Shown: positions 13,821-26,772, counted from the whole stretch's first letter. The stretch: DNA of 63,763 bases, filler included, from Octopus bimaculoides (GCF_001194135.2; 5 parts of 5 records of this genome joined end to end with filler, not necessarily neighbours in it), one strand, 5' to 3'. Notes: generated from the sequence alone by a model not told the origin. Made by a program: numbers and translations.

Positions 13821-14779
13821 AGGAGTTGTGGGAAGGGTGCAATTGTCCCTTAATTACCATTACATCCTGGTCTGTTCTGAGCTGAAACAGTAATACCTGT
13901 CAGGGTCCCGTCTATGGGTGAGTTTTCCCAGAACTAGAGAAAACTCCCGTTATTTTTGGCAAGGTAGCTCTTCTAGAAGAAAGGTACTCTGACATAAAAC
14001 ATGCAACCCAAGAGTACTAGTTGATTTGAAATGCTTGTCACGGGAACATAGCATGCCTTTGTCAATTAAATCCAATGACGTACGGATGTGTAAATATCAT
14101 TTTATTTCTTGATCCATTCAGTATTTTATAATGTCCTATTGCGGTGTATGCGTGCCGGCGTGTAAAATTATATTCACACACAGGCAAGAATAAACTAAAT
14201 CAGAACAATCAGGCTAAATGTGAGATGACTATCATCTGATAAGATAACGCAATCATCTCATAAGCATGTATGTATGTATGTATGTATGTATGTATGTGTG
14301 TATGTATGTATGAATGTATATATGTACTATGTATGTATGCATGCATATGTGCGAGTGTTTACTGCTACCCTTCTTTGTATGTTGACATATATGTATCTAT
14401 TTGTGTTTGCGTGGCTCTTTCTGTGTGTGCATGTGCAGGAGGGTGCGCATAACGCAACAATGCTACCATTCCCCCGAACCAATCCCATATAACCTCACAA
14501 ACAGCTCATGCAAACACAATTACAAACAACATTTTTTGGACCCAGACCAGAGACACCANNNNNNNNNNNNNNNNNNNNNNNNNNNNNNNNNNNNNNNNNN
14601 NNNNNNNNNNNNNNNNNNNNNNNNNNNNNNNNNNNNNNNNNNNNNNNNNNNNNNNNNNNNNNNNNNNNNNNNNNNNNNNNNNNNNNNNNNNNNNNNNNNN
14701 NNNNNNNNNNNNNNNNNNNNNNNNNNNNNNNNNNNNNNNNNNNNNNNNNNNNNNNNNNNNNNNNNNNNNNNNNNNNNNC

Positions 14780-15757
14780 ACCAGGACACAGGCTGGAATC
14801 TAGTAATCAAGAAAAACCGAAGATAATCAATCTCTCAACCAAACCTCTTTCAAGCATAAAAATAGACATCCTCTCAAAAGGGTTAAAATTCACCCCAACT
14901 CCACGCAGTGCCAACCAAAATGAAGTGAAGGACAGTATAACAGAATTCTGTAGAAAATTAAGACTCACAGAAGCATTAACCAATCACAACACTGAAGATG
15001 ACTCACTAGTCAAAAACAAAAGTGAGCACATCCCACACAAAGGTAGAAATAAAAATCTAGATGAATTCTGCAACCACATCGAGAACTTCACTTACCACAC
15101 CATGCATAAACAGACAGTTAACTCAAACTTTAACACTACACGATTGGAAGGAACTAATAGAACTCCAAAATAATGAAGATATTACGATTAAGGAAGCAGA
15201 TAAAGGAAGTGCATTTGTAATAATGGACACATTATACTATAGAAACCTAGTAATCTCCATGCGGGATGACAATCAACACTATGAAAAAGTCACAAACTAC
15301 ACCCCACAAAAATAATGAAAACCCTGTCCTCACTAATTAAAACACATGGAAATGAACTGACAACCAAGGAGATTGATTTTCTAACAAACTTCAAATGCAA
15401 GCCTAGCCTCTTCTATGGTCTGCCAAAAATACACAAAAGCCAGATCATAAATGAGACCATCAAAACATCACCAAAGACATACATACATACACCAAACCCG
15501 GGGGACCTAAAACTGCGACCCATCATAGCTGGCCCAGCCTGTGAAACACACAGACTAAGTCTATTTATGGACATCCTACTAAAACCCTTCCTTAAACACA
15601 TCAATAGCTACATCAGAGATGACTTGGGTATGTTAAATCACCTCCCAAAGAAAGTCAAGGAAGAAACAATCATGGTCTCATTTGACGTGATTAATTTATA
15701 CACCAGTATACCTCATAATTATGGACTTGAGGCAATTCAATTCTGGTGGGATCAATT
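14780..15757 (+). mobile_element. Penelope-like retroelement (PLE) reverse transcriptase fragment, frameshifted
   Basis: Three consecutive ORFs join into KIINLS...LSKGLKFTPTP...FCRKLRL; TIKEADKGSAFVIMD; FYGLPKIHKS...KLRPIIAGPACET...MVSFDVINLYTSIP. These are PLE N-terminal and RT motifs. Frameshifts occur near 15135 and 15313, and both ends run into gaps. Confidence 0.9.
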
Positions 15758-15857
15758 NNNNNNNNNNNNNNNNNNNNNNNNNNNNNNNNNNNNNNNNNNN
15801 NTTAATTAATTAANNNNNNNNNNNNNNNNNNNNNNNNNNNNNNNNNNNNNNNNNNNN
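15758..15857. other. Artificial 100-base scaffolding gap (44 N + TTAATTAATTAA + 44 N)
   Basis: The same six-frame-stop spacer recurs at 29882, 60400 and 62322. Confidence 0.95.
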
Positions 15858-16199
15858 TTGCCCAAGGTTCCACGCAGTGGGACAGAACCCGGAACCATAT
15901 GGTTGGGAACCAAGTTTGTTACCACACAGCCACACATACGCCTACATACATACATACATACATACATACATACATACATACGTATAACTTATTGGAAAAT
16001 GGCAAATAGTATTTTTGATATAAAATATATTTTCATTAAATTCTATTAAAAGACATTATATCTAGTGGAACCTCAGGATTCTACAAAATCCTGGTGATCC
16101 TCGGAATCCACTTTGCGAAACACTGACTTTGGCAACAAACCTGTTGTAGAATAAAGCATTTGTATGATGTCGACGGCCATATTTACAATCCCGTTGTTT

Positions 16200-16316
16200 G
16201 TTGAAGCGAGGCGCCGCTGGTGGTTTTGATTTGGGGATTAAATATTGTTTTCCCTTTGCTAAACATTTAGCTATTGATTCTTGTCTGCCCAATAATCTGT
16301 TGAACACCGTTGCCAT
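16200..16316 (-). mobile_element. R4/Dong-like non-LTR RT fragment (motif 0-1 region)
   Basis: VFNRLL..QESIAKCLAKGKQYLIPKS resembles the consensus LFN....PE.IP.WL..G.TYLIPK. Confidence 0.55.
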
Positions 16317-16329
16317 AAATCTATGAGTT

Positions 16330-16660
16330 AACTAAAGGTTTCAGACGGCGATTGAAGATGTTGACAACCCAAGGAACTTTCCAGTTGCTTGCAGTTTTTA
16401 TCGTGTTTCTGAAGACCTTGCTTGTTATTGAGAGGAATAATAGTGCTGTGTAATTGCATTTTCCTTCTTTATTTCCCTTCTATATATTGTACTTTTGTTT
16501 ATAAGGACTTTTTTTCCATACTCAGCCCACCCCCAATATATGTTTGAACTCCTGACGATGTTTGTGTGTCATCAAGTGTTATGTAAATGTTATGTAAATA
16601 TTTTGTTCTACTGGAAGAAGCACTCACGCGTTCCGAACTATCTTATCACGAATGGCTTTG
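16330..16660 (+). mobile_element. Decayed PLE 3' end (GIY-YIG tail plus terminal repeat)
   Basis: DVDNPRNFPVACSF resembles the GIY-YIG C-terminal D.....PVA.HF motif. A downstream ctcCTGACGA looks like a remnant hammerhead core. Confidence 0.35.
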
Positions 16661-16729
16661 CAGATATTGCTTAAGACTTTTTTTATTTATTCGTTCATCA
16701 TGTTATTTATTTATCTACTTATTCTTTTA

Positions 16730-17230
16730 TTTATGGAAGAAGCAGAAAAGACGCTGGAAACATATTCAAAGAGCAGCTTCTGGAAAATCGGACAATTATC
16801 AAAGAAAGCAAAAATAAAAGTGAAGAAAAAAGGCTGAGCATAACTTGGTTTGATTACAGAAAAGTATCTGATAGCTTACCATATTCCTGGATGTTGAAAA
16901 CAATCCATATAAATAAAGTATCTCCACACTAAACACGGTACATCAAGCATGTTATAACAAAAGAGAAAAACAAACAGCCATATCGCTATAAGACAAATAG
17001 ACATTACAAACACTAAGTCTCGTTTTCATTTTAAGAGGAGTCTTCAGCCTCGTTTGAAATGCATTCACAAATCTTCTGAATAAAACCAGCAATGGTTATA
17101 AATGTTATACACAAACTATAGATTAGTTAAAACTAATTTATGAGGAAGAACATGCAGCTGGGAGTCTATTAGATATTGGTTATGAATCCAGCAGAAATGT
17201 AACAAATTAGTATGGGAATAAACGAACGAA
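16730..17230 (+). mobile_element. R4/Dong-like non-LTR RT fragment, degenerate
   Basis: With frameshifts: LFMEEQKR.. FKEQLLENRTII..LSITWFDYRKVSDSLPYSWMLKTI..NLLNKTSNGYK. This matches the R4-clade consensus EEQKG/CKEQLL/LSMAWIDYKKAFDSVPHSWI. Confidence 0.75.
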
Positions 17231-19872
17231 CTGTAATTAGTGTAAGAAGAGGTTAAGGCGACCAACTGGCAGAATCATTCGCACGTCGGGCAAAATGCTC
17301 AGCGCCATTTTGTCCGTCTTTACGTTCCGAGTTCAAATGTCAGCAGGGTTGACATAGTCTTTCACCCCTTTCAGAGTCAATAAAATAAGTACCAGTTGAG
17401 CACTGGGATTGATGTAATCGACTAACTTATACCCCGAACTTGCTGGCCTTGTGCCAAAATTTGAAACCAATGTAAGGAGAAGTTGATTAAACCTGAAGCA
17501 AATATTGGGCTGGAGTACCCTTTTGTATAGAAAACGTCGAAGGCTGTTTATGGTAGTTGACCCAACATCTCCTGCAGACATTTACATGCTTTTATTTATA
17601 GTTTCATGTGCTTCGAGATTCACGCTTCCATAAAGCAATTATTTCACATTCTCTTGGGGGGTATATCAGCCGAAACGTTGTGTTAACAACAAACAAGATG
17701 AGGACAAATATCCGTCAAATGTAAATAATGTAAATAATACCTCATCTCTTAAATATAGAACTGTATTTACGGATTTGTGCACACACACNNNNNNNNNNNN
17801 NNNNNNNNNNNNNNNNNNNNNNNNNNNNNNNNNNNNNNNNNNNNNNNNNNNNNNNNNNNNNNNNNNNNNNNNNNNNNNNNNNNNNNNNNNNNNNNNNNNN
17901 NNNNNNNNNNNNNNNNNNNNNNNNNNNNNNNNNNNNNNNNNNNNNNNNNNNNNNNNNNNNNNNNNNNNNNNNNNNNNNNNNNNNNNNNNNNNNNNNNNNN
18001 NNNNNNNNNNNNNNNNNNNNNNNNNNNNNNNNNNNNNNNNNNNNNNNNNNNNNNNNNNNNNNNNNNNNNNNNNNNNNNNNNNNNNNNNNNNNNNNNNNNN
18101 NNNNNNNNNNNNNNNNNNNNNNNNNNNNNNNNNNNNNNNNNNNNNNNNNNNNNNNNNNNNNNNNNNNNNNNNNNNNNNNNNNNNNNNNNNNNNNNNNNNN
18201 NNNNNNNNNNNNNNNNNNNNNNNNNNNNNNNNNNNNNNNNNNNNNNNNNNNNNNNNNNNNNNNNNNNNNNNNNNNNNNNNNNNNNNNNNNNNNNNNNNNN
18301 NNNNNNNNNNNNNNNNNNNNNNNNNNNNNNNNNNNNNNNNNNNNNNNNNNNNNNNNNNNNNNNNNNNNNNNNNNNNNNNNNNNNNNNNNNNNNNNNNNNN
18401 NNNNNNNNNNNNNNNNNNNNNNNNNNNNNNNNNNNNNNNNNNNNNNNNNNNNNNNNNNNNNNNNNNNNNNNNNNNNNNNNNNNNNNNNNNNNNNNNNNNN
18501 NNNNNNNNNNNNNATATATATATGCATTTGAAACAGTCTTAGATTGTATAGAAACATGGAGTGACACGAACTGTTATTTTTCAGCTCGTGTCATTCGACA
18601 TTTGTGTATACATTATGTTATAAACACCGGGATTTTTAATCTAAGGCTTTTTCAATGCGTATATTAAAATAACATTAACTGTTTCAACACGATTTCACAT
18701 CACATCAAGAATCTTGTGAAACAAATACAATAACAAAATTTAAAAATATAATTCCTGTTCTTGATTAATTTATGTTTCAGAAAACTCATTAAACACATGA
18801 AGATGGAAAGAGCGGTAAGCAAAAAAAAAAACGCAAAGCCATTTTAATCTATAAAAGAAATAGTCAAATAACATGGATCACAATAGAAGTCAAAAAAGGG
18901 TGTCTCTAAGGTCTCTCAGCTTACTAGAAATAGCAACCAAATTTCCTTCAATTTATGTTATATTCCCACCGTATGGGGAACGAAGGACTGGATAATGCAG
19001 TCATAGTAACATTATGTCTAGAAAATAGTTGAAATGGCCTCGCCTGAAACGTATTTGATCATTGGCTTCCGGTTTGCAGTTGACCCGGGTGCTATATAGC
19101 AACAACGTATTTGCTGTGTACTGTAACCATTTTAATATTAAATAACACAAAGGCGATGAGATGGCAGAATCGTTAGCACGCCGGACAAAATGCTTAGCGG
19201 CCTTTAGTCCGCATTTATATTCTCCATCATCATAACATGCACCAACACTTTATATATAAAGGATACAGATCCTTTCCCTTGTCATATAGGCTCATAAAGC
19301 CGGTTTCCCGGTCTTTGAGGCGTGTATATTCCTCACCTGGATAGGACGCCAGACCGTCGCAGGGTTACTCATTTTCGCTAGTTGAGTGAAATGAAGTGTT
19401 TTGCTCAAGAACACAACGCATCGCCCGGCCTAGGAATCGAAACCACAATGATAATGGCGATGAAGGTGGTAGAGGCTCTCTGTCGTTCGATGACGAAGAT
19501 TCTGGTGTTCGATCAACTGAATTACTTGACCACGAATTAACGTGTGAGTGGCAGAGTATTCCGCAGACCAATGTACCTTTAACGTCACTCTCTGGAAGAA
19601 TCAGCTTGACTCCGTCTATGACAAGGTTGTATCATGAGTCCAACGCCCTTAACCACTGAGCCACGTGACTCTACGACACGCTGTACGATGTCTGCTGTTA
19701 TCGAACGTCTGTGATCTTCTTTCGAAGAAATGAATGAAACCATTTCGAAACAGAAAAATCCAGACACAAATATTATTATGGAGTCTATCCAATTGACTAC
19801 CATGGACGATGCTGTCAAAAAGCAACAACGAAATTTATCAATAGAAAACAATTACCGTGTGTGTGTGTACGT

Positions 19873-19915
<43 letters not shown>

Positions 19916-20519
19916 CTAGTTTTATCGATGGAGAGATGTTAAGCCTATGAAGAAGTTCAGAAGAGTGTGTTTTCGGCGGCTGTGGTGGTGATTGCTTGTA
20001 AGCAAATTGATTATTAACATGCAGATCAATCATTTAGAGACACGTGTTTATTGAACAGCCTTTGCAACNNNNNNNNNNNNNNNNNNNNNNNNNNNNNNNN
20101 NNNNNNNNNNNNNNNNNNNNNNNNNNNNNNNNNNNNNNNNNNNNNNNNNNNNNNNNNNNNNNNNNNNNNNNNNNNNNNNNNNNNNNNNNNNNNNNNNNNN
20201 NNNNNNNNNNNNNNNNNNNNNNNNNNNNNNNNNNNNNNNNNNNNNNNNNNNNNNNNNNNNNNNNNNNNNNNNNNNNNNNNNNNNNNNNNNNNNNNNNNNN
20301 NNNNNNNNNNNNNNNNNNNNNNNNNNNNNNNNNNNNNNNNNNNNNNNNNNNNNNNNNNNNNNNNNNNNNNNNNNNNNNNNNNNNNNNNNNNNNNNNNNNN
20401 NNNNNNNNNNNNNNNNNNNNNNNNNNNNNNNNNNNNNNNNNNNNNNNNNNNNNNNNNNNNNNNNNNNNNNNNNNNNNNNNNNNNNNNNNNNNNNNNNNNN
20501 NNNNNNNNNNNNNNNNNNC

Positions 20520-20562
<43 letters not shown>

Positions 20563-21989
20563 TATACATTTATATATATATACACATATATGTATACATA
20601 TCATCATCGATGATGATGATGATAGATATATATACACACACACACATAGTGTGTGTGTGTATGTACGTATATGTACATATATGCACATATATATGTGTGT
20701 GTGCGTGTGTATGTGTATATGTATGTATGTATGCATATACGTACGAACGTACGTACGTATGTATGTGCCTATGTCTCTCTAGTCAGATCGAATGAAAAAT
20801 ACATGTCGTGATATCTGCCCGCGTCTTTGAGTTGCAACGAAAACGCGAATGGCGCCAATCGCGGTGAGATTTTTATGTGAACGAATTAGATATTTATCGC
20901 AGCGTCTCTGTTTTTAAATCAAATTTATTGTATAAAAATATATTACTTTCAAGAAGAAAATGTTTGCAAATGAAGTTTGATTGGAGACGTACATATTTGC
21001 CAAGTGTTTTGGAAGTTTTCAGTGTGGAGTTCAAAATCTGCAAAACTATTTGGTCGTTGAAACGATCCCCTCTCTTCTTTTCCATTAAAAAAAAACGAAA
21101 AACAGTGTAAGAGAGATAAGAAAATGTTTGAAAACTTCACAAATTTAAAATTCCAACTCGCAAGGGTAATAGATTGATAATTTTCTTCCATTTCGTATTG
21201 CTAAAAGCTTCGTCAAAACGTGTATTTTCGAAACTGTCTCAAAATGTGTTTTTTATGAGCATCGCTTCGTATTTCATTTATTTATTTATTCTGCTTACGT
21301 CTTGATTTTGAGAAGATATAAGCATCATTGTCATTGTCCTCATATAACGACCACTTTTGCGTGCTTGCATAGGTCAGACGAAATTTGCTGAAACAGATAT
21401 TCTACGGCGAAATGCCTTTCCTGCCACCAACCCTCATCTGTTTCCAAGCAAAGTGATATTTTCCCATGGCTAGAAACGAACACCATCGAACAGTTTTTCG
21501 TTTATCTTTCTTCCAACCTCACTTATGTCGGGAAATGAATAATTAGAAACAAGGTAAATGTACACACAAATATACATACACCGATACGCATGCATGCATG
21601 CGTGTGTGTGTGTGAGTGTGCGTCCGTGTCTGTGTTCGCCAAATTCCCTTGAGTGAACAAATAGAAACATATGGCTCAAAGCAAACCCATTTTAACATCT
21701 GTGAAAAGGTGGTCCATATTAGTTTGGCCTCTGTCCAATATGGGAGGCCCTATCAGGAGCTTGTACTCCACTGCCATAGCTCTTAGGGCCACTGAGGAAT
21801 ACAAGCCACCGCATCGCAACACGAACTGGACCTTGTGGCGGATTCACAAAGTTTGGTTTCGTTTAATTTATTAGTGAACAGATTGTGAACCCCATGATCG
21901 AATATCGACATCGTGAACGTCACACTTCGCAGTCTTTTCTACCACCGCCACCCACCACCCATCATCATCACAAACGAAGCTGTCCCTGT

Positions 21990-22215
21990 ATTAATGTAAT
22001 TTTGAAGCTGAACGACAGAGGAAAGAGGAAGAGAAACGACAAAAAAAATAATAAAATGGAGGCTGCAAGAACCAAAGCTTCCCCCATGGGTCCCTTGTGA
22101 ACTTTGCAACAGACGCTTCCATGCAAGAATCGGCCTCGTTAGTCATCAGAGACATAAACACAGACAGAGGGAAAGAAGTGATCAAGAAGAAACCAAATAT
22201 ATTGTCTCAGACACA
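21990..22215 (+). mobile_element. RTE/BovB-like LINE 3' end with C-terminal zinc finger
   Basis: From 22084: PWVPCELCNRRFHARIGLVSHQRHKH, which is the CxxCxRxFxARIGLxSHxRxH motif of RTE-clade ORF C-termini. It is preceded by a charged EEKRQ-like stretch. Confidence 0.75.
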
Positions 22216-22660
22216 CGATAAAACGCAGACGACAACGACGACGACGACGACGATACAATGTAAAGAGACGCATAGCTTAGTGGTTTGGGTGTTGGACTTA
22301 TGATTGTGAGATTGAGGTTTCGATTCCTGGACCGGGCGACGCTTTGCGTTCTTGAGCAAAACACTTCATTTCATGTTGGTCCAGTCCACTCAGCTGGTTA
22401 AAAGGAGCAACCCTGCGACGGACCGGTGTCCCGTCCAGGGGGAAGTATATACGCCAAAGAAACCGGGAAACCGGTCCTATGTTCTTTAAGGAGTAATGAA
22501 GAGTAACCAGAGAAAAAATAAGAAATGCAAACGTTACTGAGAGGTTTGAAGGATTGGCGAGTAAAGACGGTATTAGGGTAGTGAGATGAGAGATTAATAC
22601 TCTCCTGGATTGGCCACCAGTCTTTCACATGACAATTCTCTTATGCTATCAGTATCAAAA

Positions 22661-22700
<40 letters not shown>

Positions 22701-23451
22701 ATGATAAACAAGATAGAATAATGCATGATAAATCGGCGAAGTGGCAAAAAGCATTGGTGCGTTAGATGAAACGTTTTGCGGTATTTATTGCGGTTGCTTA
22801 TGTTTTGAGTTCGATCCCGCCGAGGTCAATCTTTCATATTTCCACCAAACCGCCGCCCTGGGTTAGTACTTTTTTTTATCGACCCCGAAAGTATATTAAA
22901 CNNNNNNNNNNATATACGGAGAAGGTTAAGATGTCTCATATTGGTTTCAAATTTTAACACAAGGCCAGCAAGTGTGGGGTGGGGGTTAGTCGATTAAATA
23001 GACCCCAGTACTCAACAGGTACTTATTTTATCGATCCCAAAAAGGATGAAAAACCAAGCCGACCATGCTGGCAAGCAGGAAGGCTGCACCAGACTCCAGT
23101 CTGATTTGACATGGTTTTCTATGGCTGGATGCCCTTCCTAATGCCAACCACTCCAAGAGTGTAATGCTTTTACGTGCCATCTGCATGATGCCAGTGTCTG
23201 CCACAAATGCGATTTCGCTCAGCTTGATGGGTCGTCTTCTCAAGCACAACATAATGCCAAAGATCTCGGTCATTGCCTCCATGAGACCCAACAGCAGCAG
23301 TATCAGAGTGACTCAAGGTCCAAGAATTTCATGCGTTAACATATAAATATATATATATAGTTCAAATTTATAGAAAAACATAAGATGAAGACAGGTGTGT
23401 ATGAACAACAAGCAGGTGTATTAATTTGACGCTCAGGAAAAATGGAAAAGT

Positions 23452-23487
23452 CTTTTATGTTTCGAGCTTACGCTCTTCAACAGAAAG
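23452..23487 (-). ncRNA. Minimal type I hammerhead ribozyme, partly decayed
   Basis: Minus strand reads CTTT-CTGTTGA-A-GAGC-gtaa-GCTC-GAAA-C-ATA-AAAG. There is one core substitution and GTA is changed to ATA. Confidence 0.65.
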
Positions 23488-23547
23488 GATTCAGAAGAAA
23501 TAGAGAGAGAATGAAAAAAATAGGTAGAGTTCAGCAATCCATATACA

Positions 23548-23603
<56 letters not shown>

Positions 23604-23626
23604 TACATTTCNNNNNNNNNNNNNNN

Positions 23627-23683
<57 letters not shown>

Positions 23684-23760
23684 TACATTTCAAAATGCAA
23701 CCACATGTGAATCGCTAGCAATTTTCTTCCTCTGTCTTCCTTTCTATTGGACTTTCCTCT

Positions 23761-23795
23761 GTTTCTGAAGAAGAGCTTTGCTCGAAATGTAAAAC
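23761..23795 (+). ncRNA. Minimal type I hammerhead ribozyme of Penelope-like element type
   Basis: GTTT-CTGAAGA-A-GAGC-ttt-GCTC-GAAA-T-GTA^-AAAC. Intact CUGANGA and GAAA, 4-bp stem II, stem I GUUU/AAAC, and the minimal stem III typical of PLE hammerheads. Confidence 0.75.
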
Positions 23796-24059
23796 CAACT
23801 TACTTTCCTTCCCTGATTGTCAGCTAATACTTTACATGTACCACGTCCTTACATTGTTGTTTTTTTTTTTGTTGTGTTTGTCGTTCTTCTTTTTTGGGAT
23901 TTACTATATACATACATATTATATGTAAAGAGAAACATGCTTGACCAAAAGGCTGTACCAAATGTCTCACCCACAAACAGATATTGTGATGCAAGCATAC
24001 AAATACTACACACACAATAAATACATATACACTAACACACATAAACCCTTCCTACTATA

Positions 24060-24266
24060 CAAGTACAAGGCCTGAAATTTTGGTGAGAGGGAGGGAGGGG
24101 CTAGTCAATTATATCAAGCCCCAGTGCTCGACTGGTAGTAAATTTATAGACCCCGAAGGGACGAAAGGCAAAGTCGACTTTGGTGGAATTTGAACTCAGA
24201 ATGTAAAGACAGACAAAATACCGCTAAGCATTTTGTCTGACGTGCTAACAGTTCTGCCATCTCACC
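24060..24266 (-). mobile_element. SINE family A copy
   Basis: Reverse complement of the 32166 element along its full length. Confidence 0.85.
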
Positions 24267-24446
24267 GCATATACACTCTCTCTCTCTCACACACATATAT
24301 ATATACACAAATATAGATATATATATATTTATAGACCAAGAAGGTAGAAAAACAGGTAGAGAAATGGATGAAAAAATTCATTTCAAAGTTTCATTATTTT
24401 GTTTACAATAAAAAGTTAAAAACAAAGAAAATTAATTAAACAATAT

Positions 24447-24842
24447 AGGCGTAGGAGTGGCTGTGTGGTAAGAAGCTTGCTTATCAACCACGTGGTTCCG
24501 GGTTCAGTCCCACAGCATGGCACTTTGGGCAAGTGTCTTCTTCTATATATAGCCTCGGGCCGACCAAAGCCTTGAGTGGATCTGGTACATGGAAACTGAA
24601 AGAAGCCTGTCGTATATATATGTATGTGTATGTGTGTGTTTGTTATTTTTGTCTGTTTGTCTCTCTACCATCACTTGACAACCGATGTTGGTGTGTTTAC
24701 ATCCCCGTAACTTAGCGGTTCAGCAAAGGAGACCAATGGAATAAGTACTAGGCTTACAAAGAATAAGTACTAGGGTCGATTTGTTCGACTACAGGTGGTG
24801 CTCCAGCATGGCCGCAGTGAAATGACTGAAACAAGTAGAAGA
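24447..24842 (+). mobile_element. tRNA-head SINE family B with internal microsatellite (full length)
   Basis: ggcgtaggagtggctgtgtggtaagaagcttgc...ggttccgggttcagtccc...gtaacttagcggttc...gaaacaagta. Copies at 26378-26772, 15858(-), 42780(-), 45118, 54352(-), 58478(-) and 60456. Confidence 0.9.
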
Positions 24843-25384
24843 ATAAATTTATAAGAATATTACATTTTATTTATAATTAAAATTATTAAAATAAATTTAT
24901 TTACAATAAAAATCCCTCTCAGTAAATTCCATATAAGAATGCCAAAAGACATTATTGTGGTTCCAATTTCATAAAATTTACAAATGATCGTGTTGTTTGG
25001 AACTTCTGAAAAATCTCAAGAGTTGTAACAAAATGGAGCCCTTCAGGAATTTCTACGCCATACGAGATTTGGATCTGTATATAAAAAAAAAAAAAAAAAA
25101 AAAAATGGAAATTTTGATGAAAATCTTCATAAGCATTGTCATCATTTTAACGTCTACTTTCGCAATGCTTGCATGGGTCGGCAGAGTTTATTTGAGGTAG
25201 ACTTTCTAACACTTGGATGCCCTTCCTGTTTCCAGACAAGACCAGACATGTTTTCACAGAAGATTGGAAACGAATAAAACCACTTGTACAATAGTGACAC
25301 TTGTCTACAACTGTTACATGATGTCGAGACAAGGAGACAGTAACAGCCAGAAACACACACACACACACACACATATATATTTAT

Positions 25385-25560
25385 ATATAGTTGAAATTTA
25401 TAGAAAAACAAGAGACGAAGACAGGTGTATGAACAAGAAGCGGGTGTATTAGTTTGACGCTCAGGAAAATGAAAAAGTTTCGAGCCTATGCTCTTCAGAA
25501 GAAAAGAATAAGAGAAAATAAACAGAAAATGAAAAAAAAAAGTTTAGATTTAGCAGTCAA
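25385..25560 (-). mobile_element. Non-autonomous Penelope-type terminal module with degenerate hammerhead (about 25477-25505)
   Basis: Homologous to 23355-23540 (tagttgaaatttatagaaaaacaagagacgaagacaggtg...tttgacgctcagg). Retains GAGC-atag-GCTC-GAAAC but is deleted around the cleavage site. Confidence 0.6.
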
Positions 25561-25780
25561 GCTAAATACACACACACACACACACAAACATAGATAGGTC
25601 TGTTTCAGTTTCCATTGACCAAATCCATTAAAGGGACAGCACTTCTGCGAAACGATCGCAAGATGCTTTAAAACTTATGTATATACATTTATAAACATAC
25701 ATACATACATATATACATATATATACACACACACACACACACATATCATATATATATTCACACACACACACATACATACA

Positions 25781-25846
<66 letters not shown>

Positions 25847-26377
25847 GTTTAAACGTCCGCTTTCCATGCTAGCATGGGTTGGACNNNNNNNNNNGAAATG
25901 GTGTCTTTTATGTGCCACCCGCACAAGCCAGTCCAGGGGCACTGGCAACGATCTCGCTCGAAAATCCTACGGGAGCCAGTCAGGCGGTACTGGCAACACA
26001 CACACATACATACATATATATATACATACATATATACATACATACATCCATGCATATATTATTTCATAACAGTTTGACTCAGCTGCATGCAGCTTAAAGT
26101 TTCATCGGTTCATAGAATGAACTTATCTCATCAGGCATCTCAAAACAAGTCTTCTCTACATGGAAAACTGGACATTAAAACAATGATGATGATGATGATG
26201 ATGATGGTGCAAAGTACTAGAAGTTCAAGATAGATCATACAACTGGGACACTGCCAGGTATTACACTTGTCATTGCTCATTGCCTGTACAGAGCAAGATA
26301 TGGGGCCTGCTTCATCTAGCTGTGGCGACCAGTGCAAGCAATGTCAGAGTGAAAAGTTAAGGTAAAGCGATGATGAT

Positions 26378-26772
26378 TAGGAGTGGCTGTGTGGTAAGTA
26401 GCTTGCTTACCAACCACATGGTTCCGGGTTCAGTCCCACTGCGTGGCACCTTGGGCAAGTGTCTTCTACTGCAGCCTCGGGCCGACCAAAGCCTTGTGAG
26501 TGGATTTGGTAGATGAAAACTGAAAGAAGCCCATCGTATATATGTATGTATGTATGTGTGTGAGTATATGTTTGTGTGTTTGTGTTTGTACCCGCAAAAT
26601 TGCTTGACAACTGATGCTGGTGTGTTTACGTCCCCGTAACTTAGCGGTTCCGCTAAAGAGTCCGATAGAATAAGTACTAGGCTTACAAAGAATAAGTCCT
26701 GGGGTCGATTAGCTCTACTAAAAGGCGGTGCTCCAGCATGGCCACAGTCAAATGACTGAAACAAGTAAAAGA
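26378..26772 (+). mobile_element. SINE family B copy (full length)
   Basis: Colinear with 24447-24842. Confidence 0.9.

Noticed and set aside
15802-15813. Recurrent TTAATTAATTAA motif inside gaps (four times)
   Set aside because: It is a synthetic assembly spacer, not biology.
23545-23692. Direct repeat flanking a 15-N gap
   Set aside because: It is probably a contig-end overlap left unmerged.
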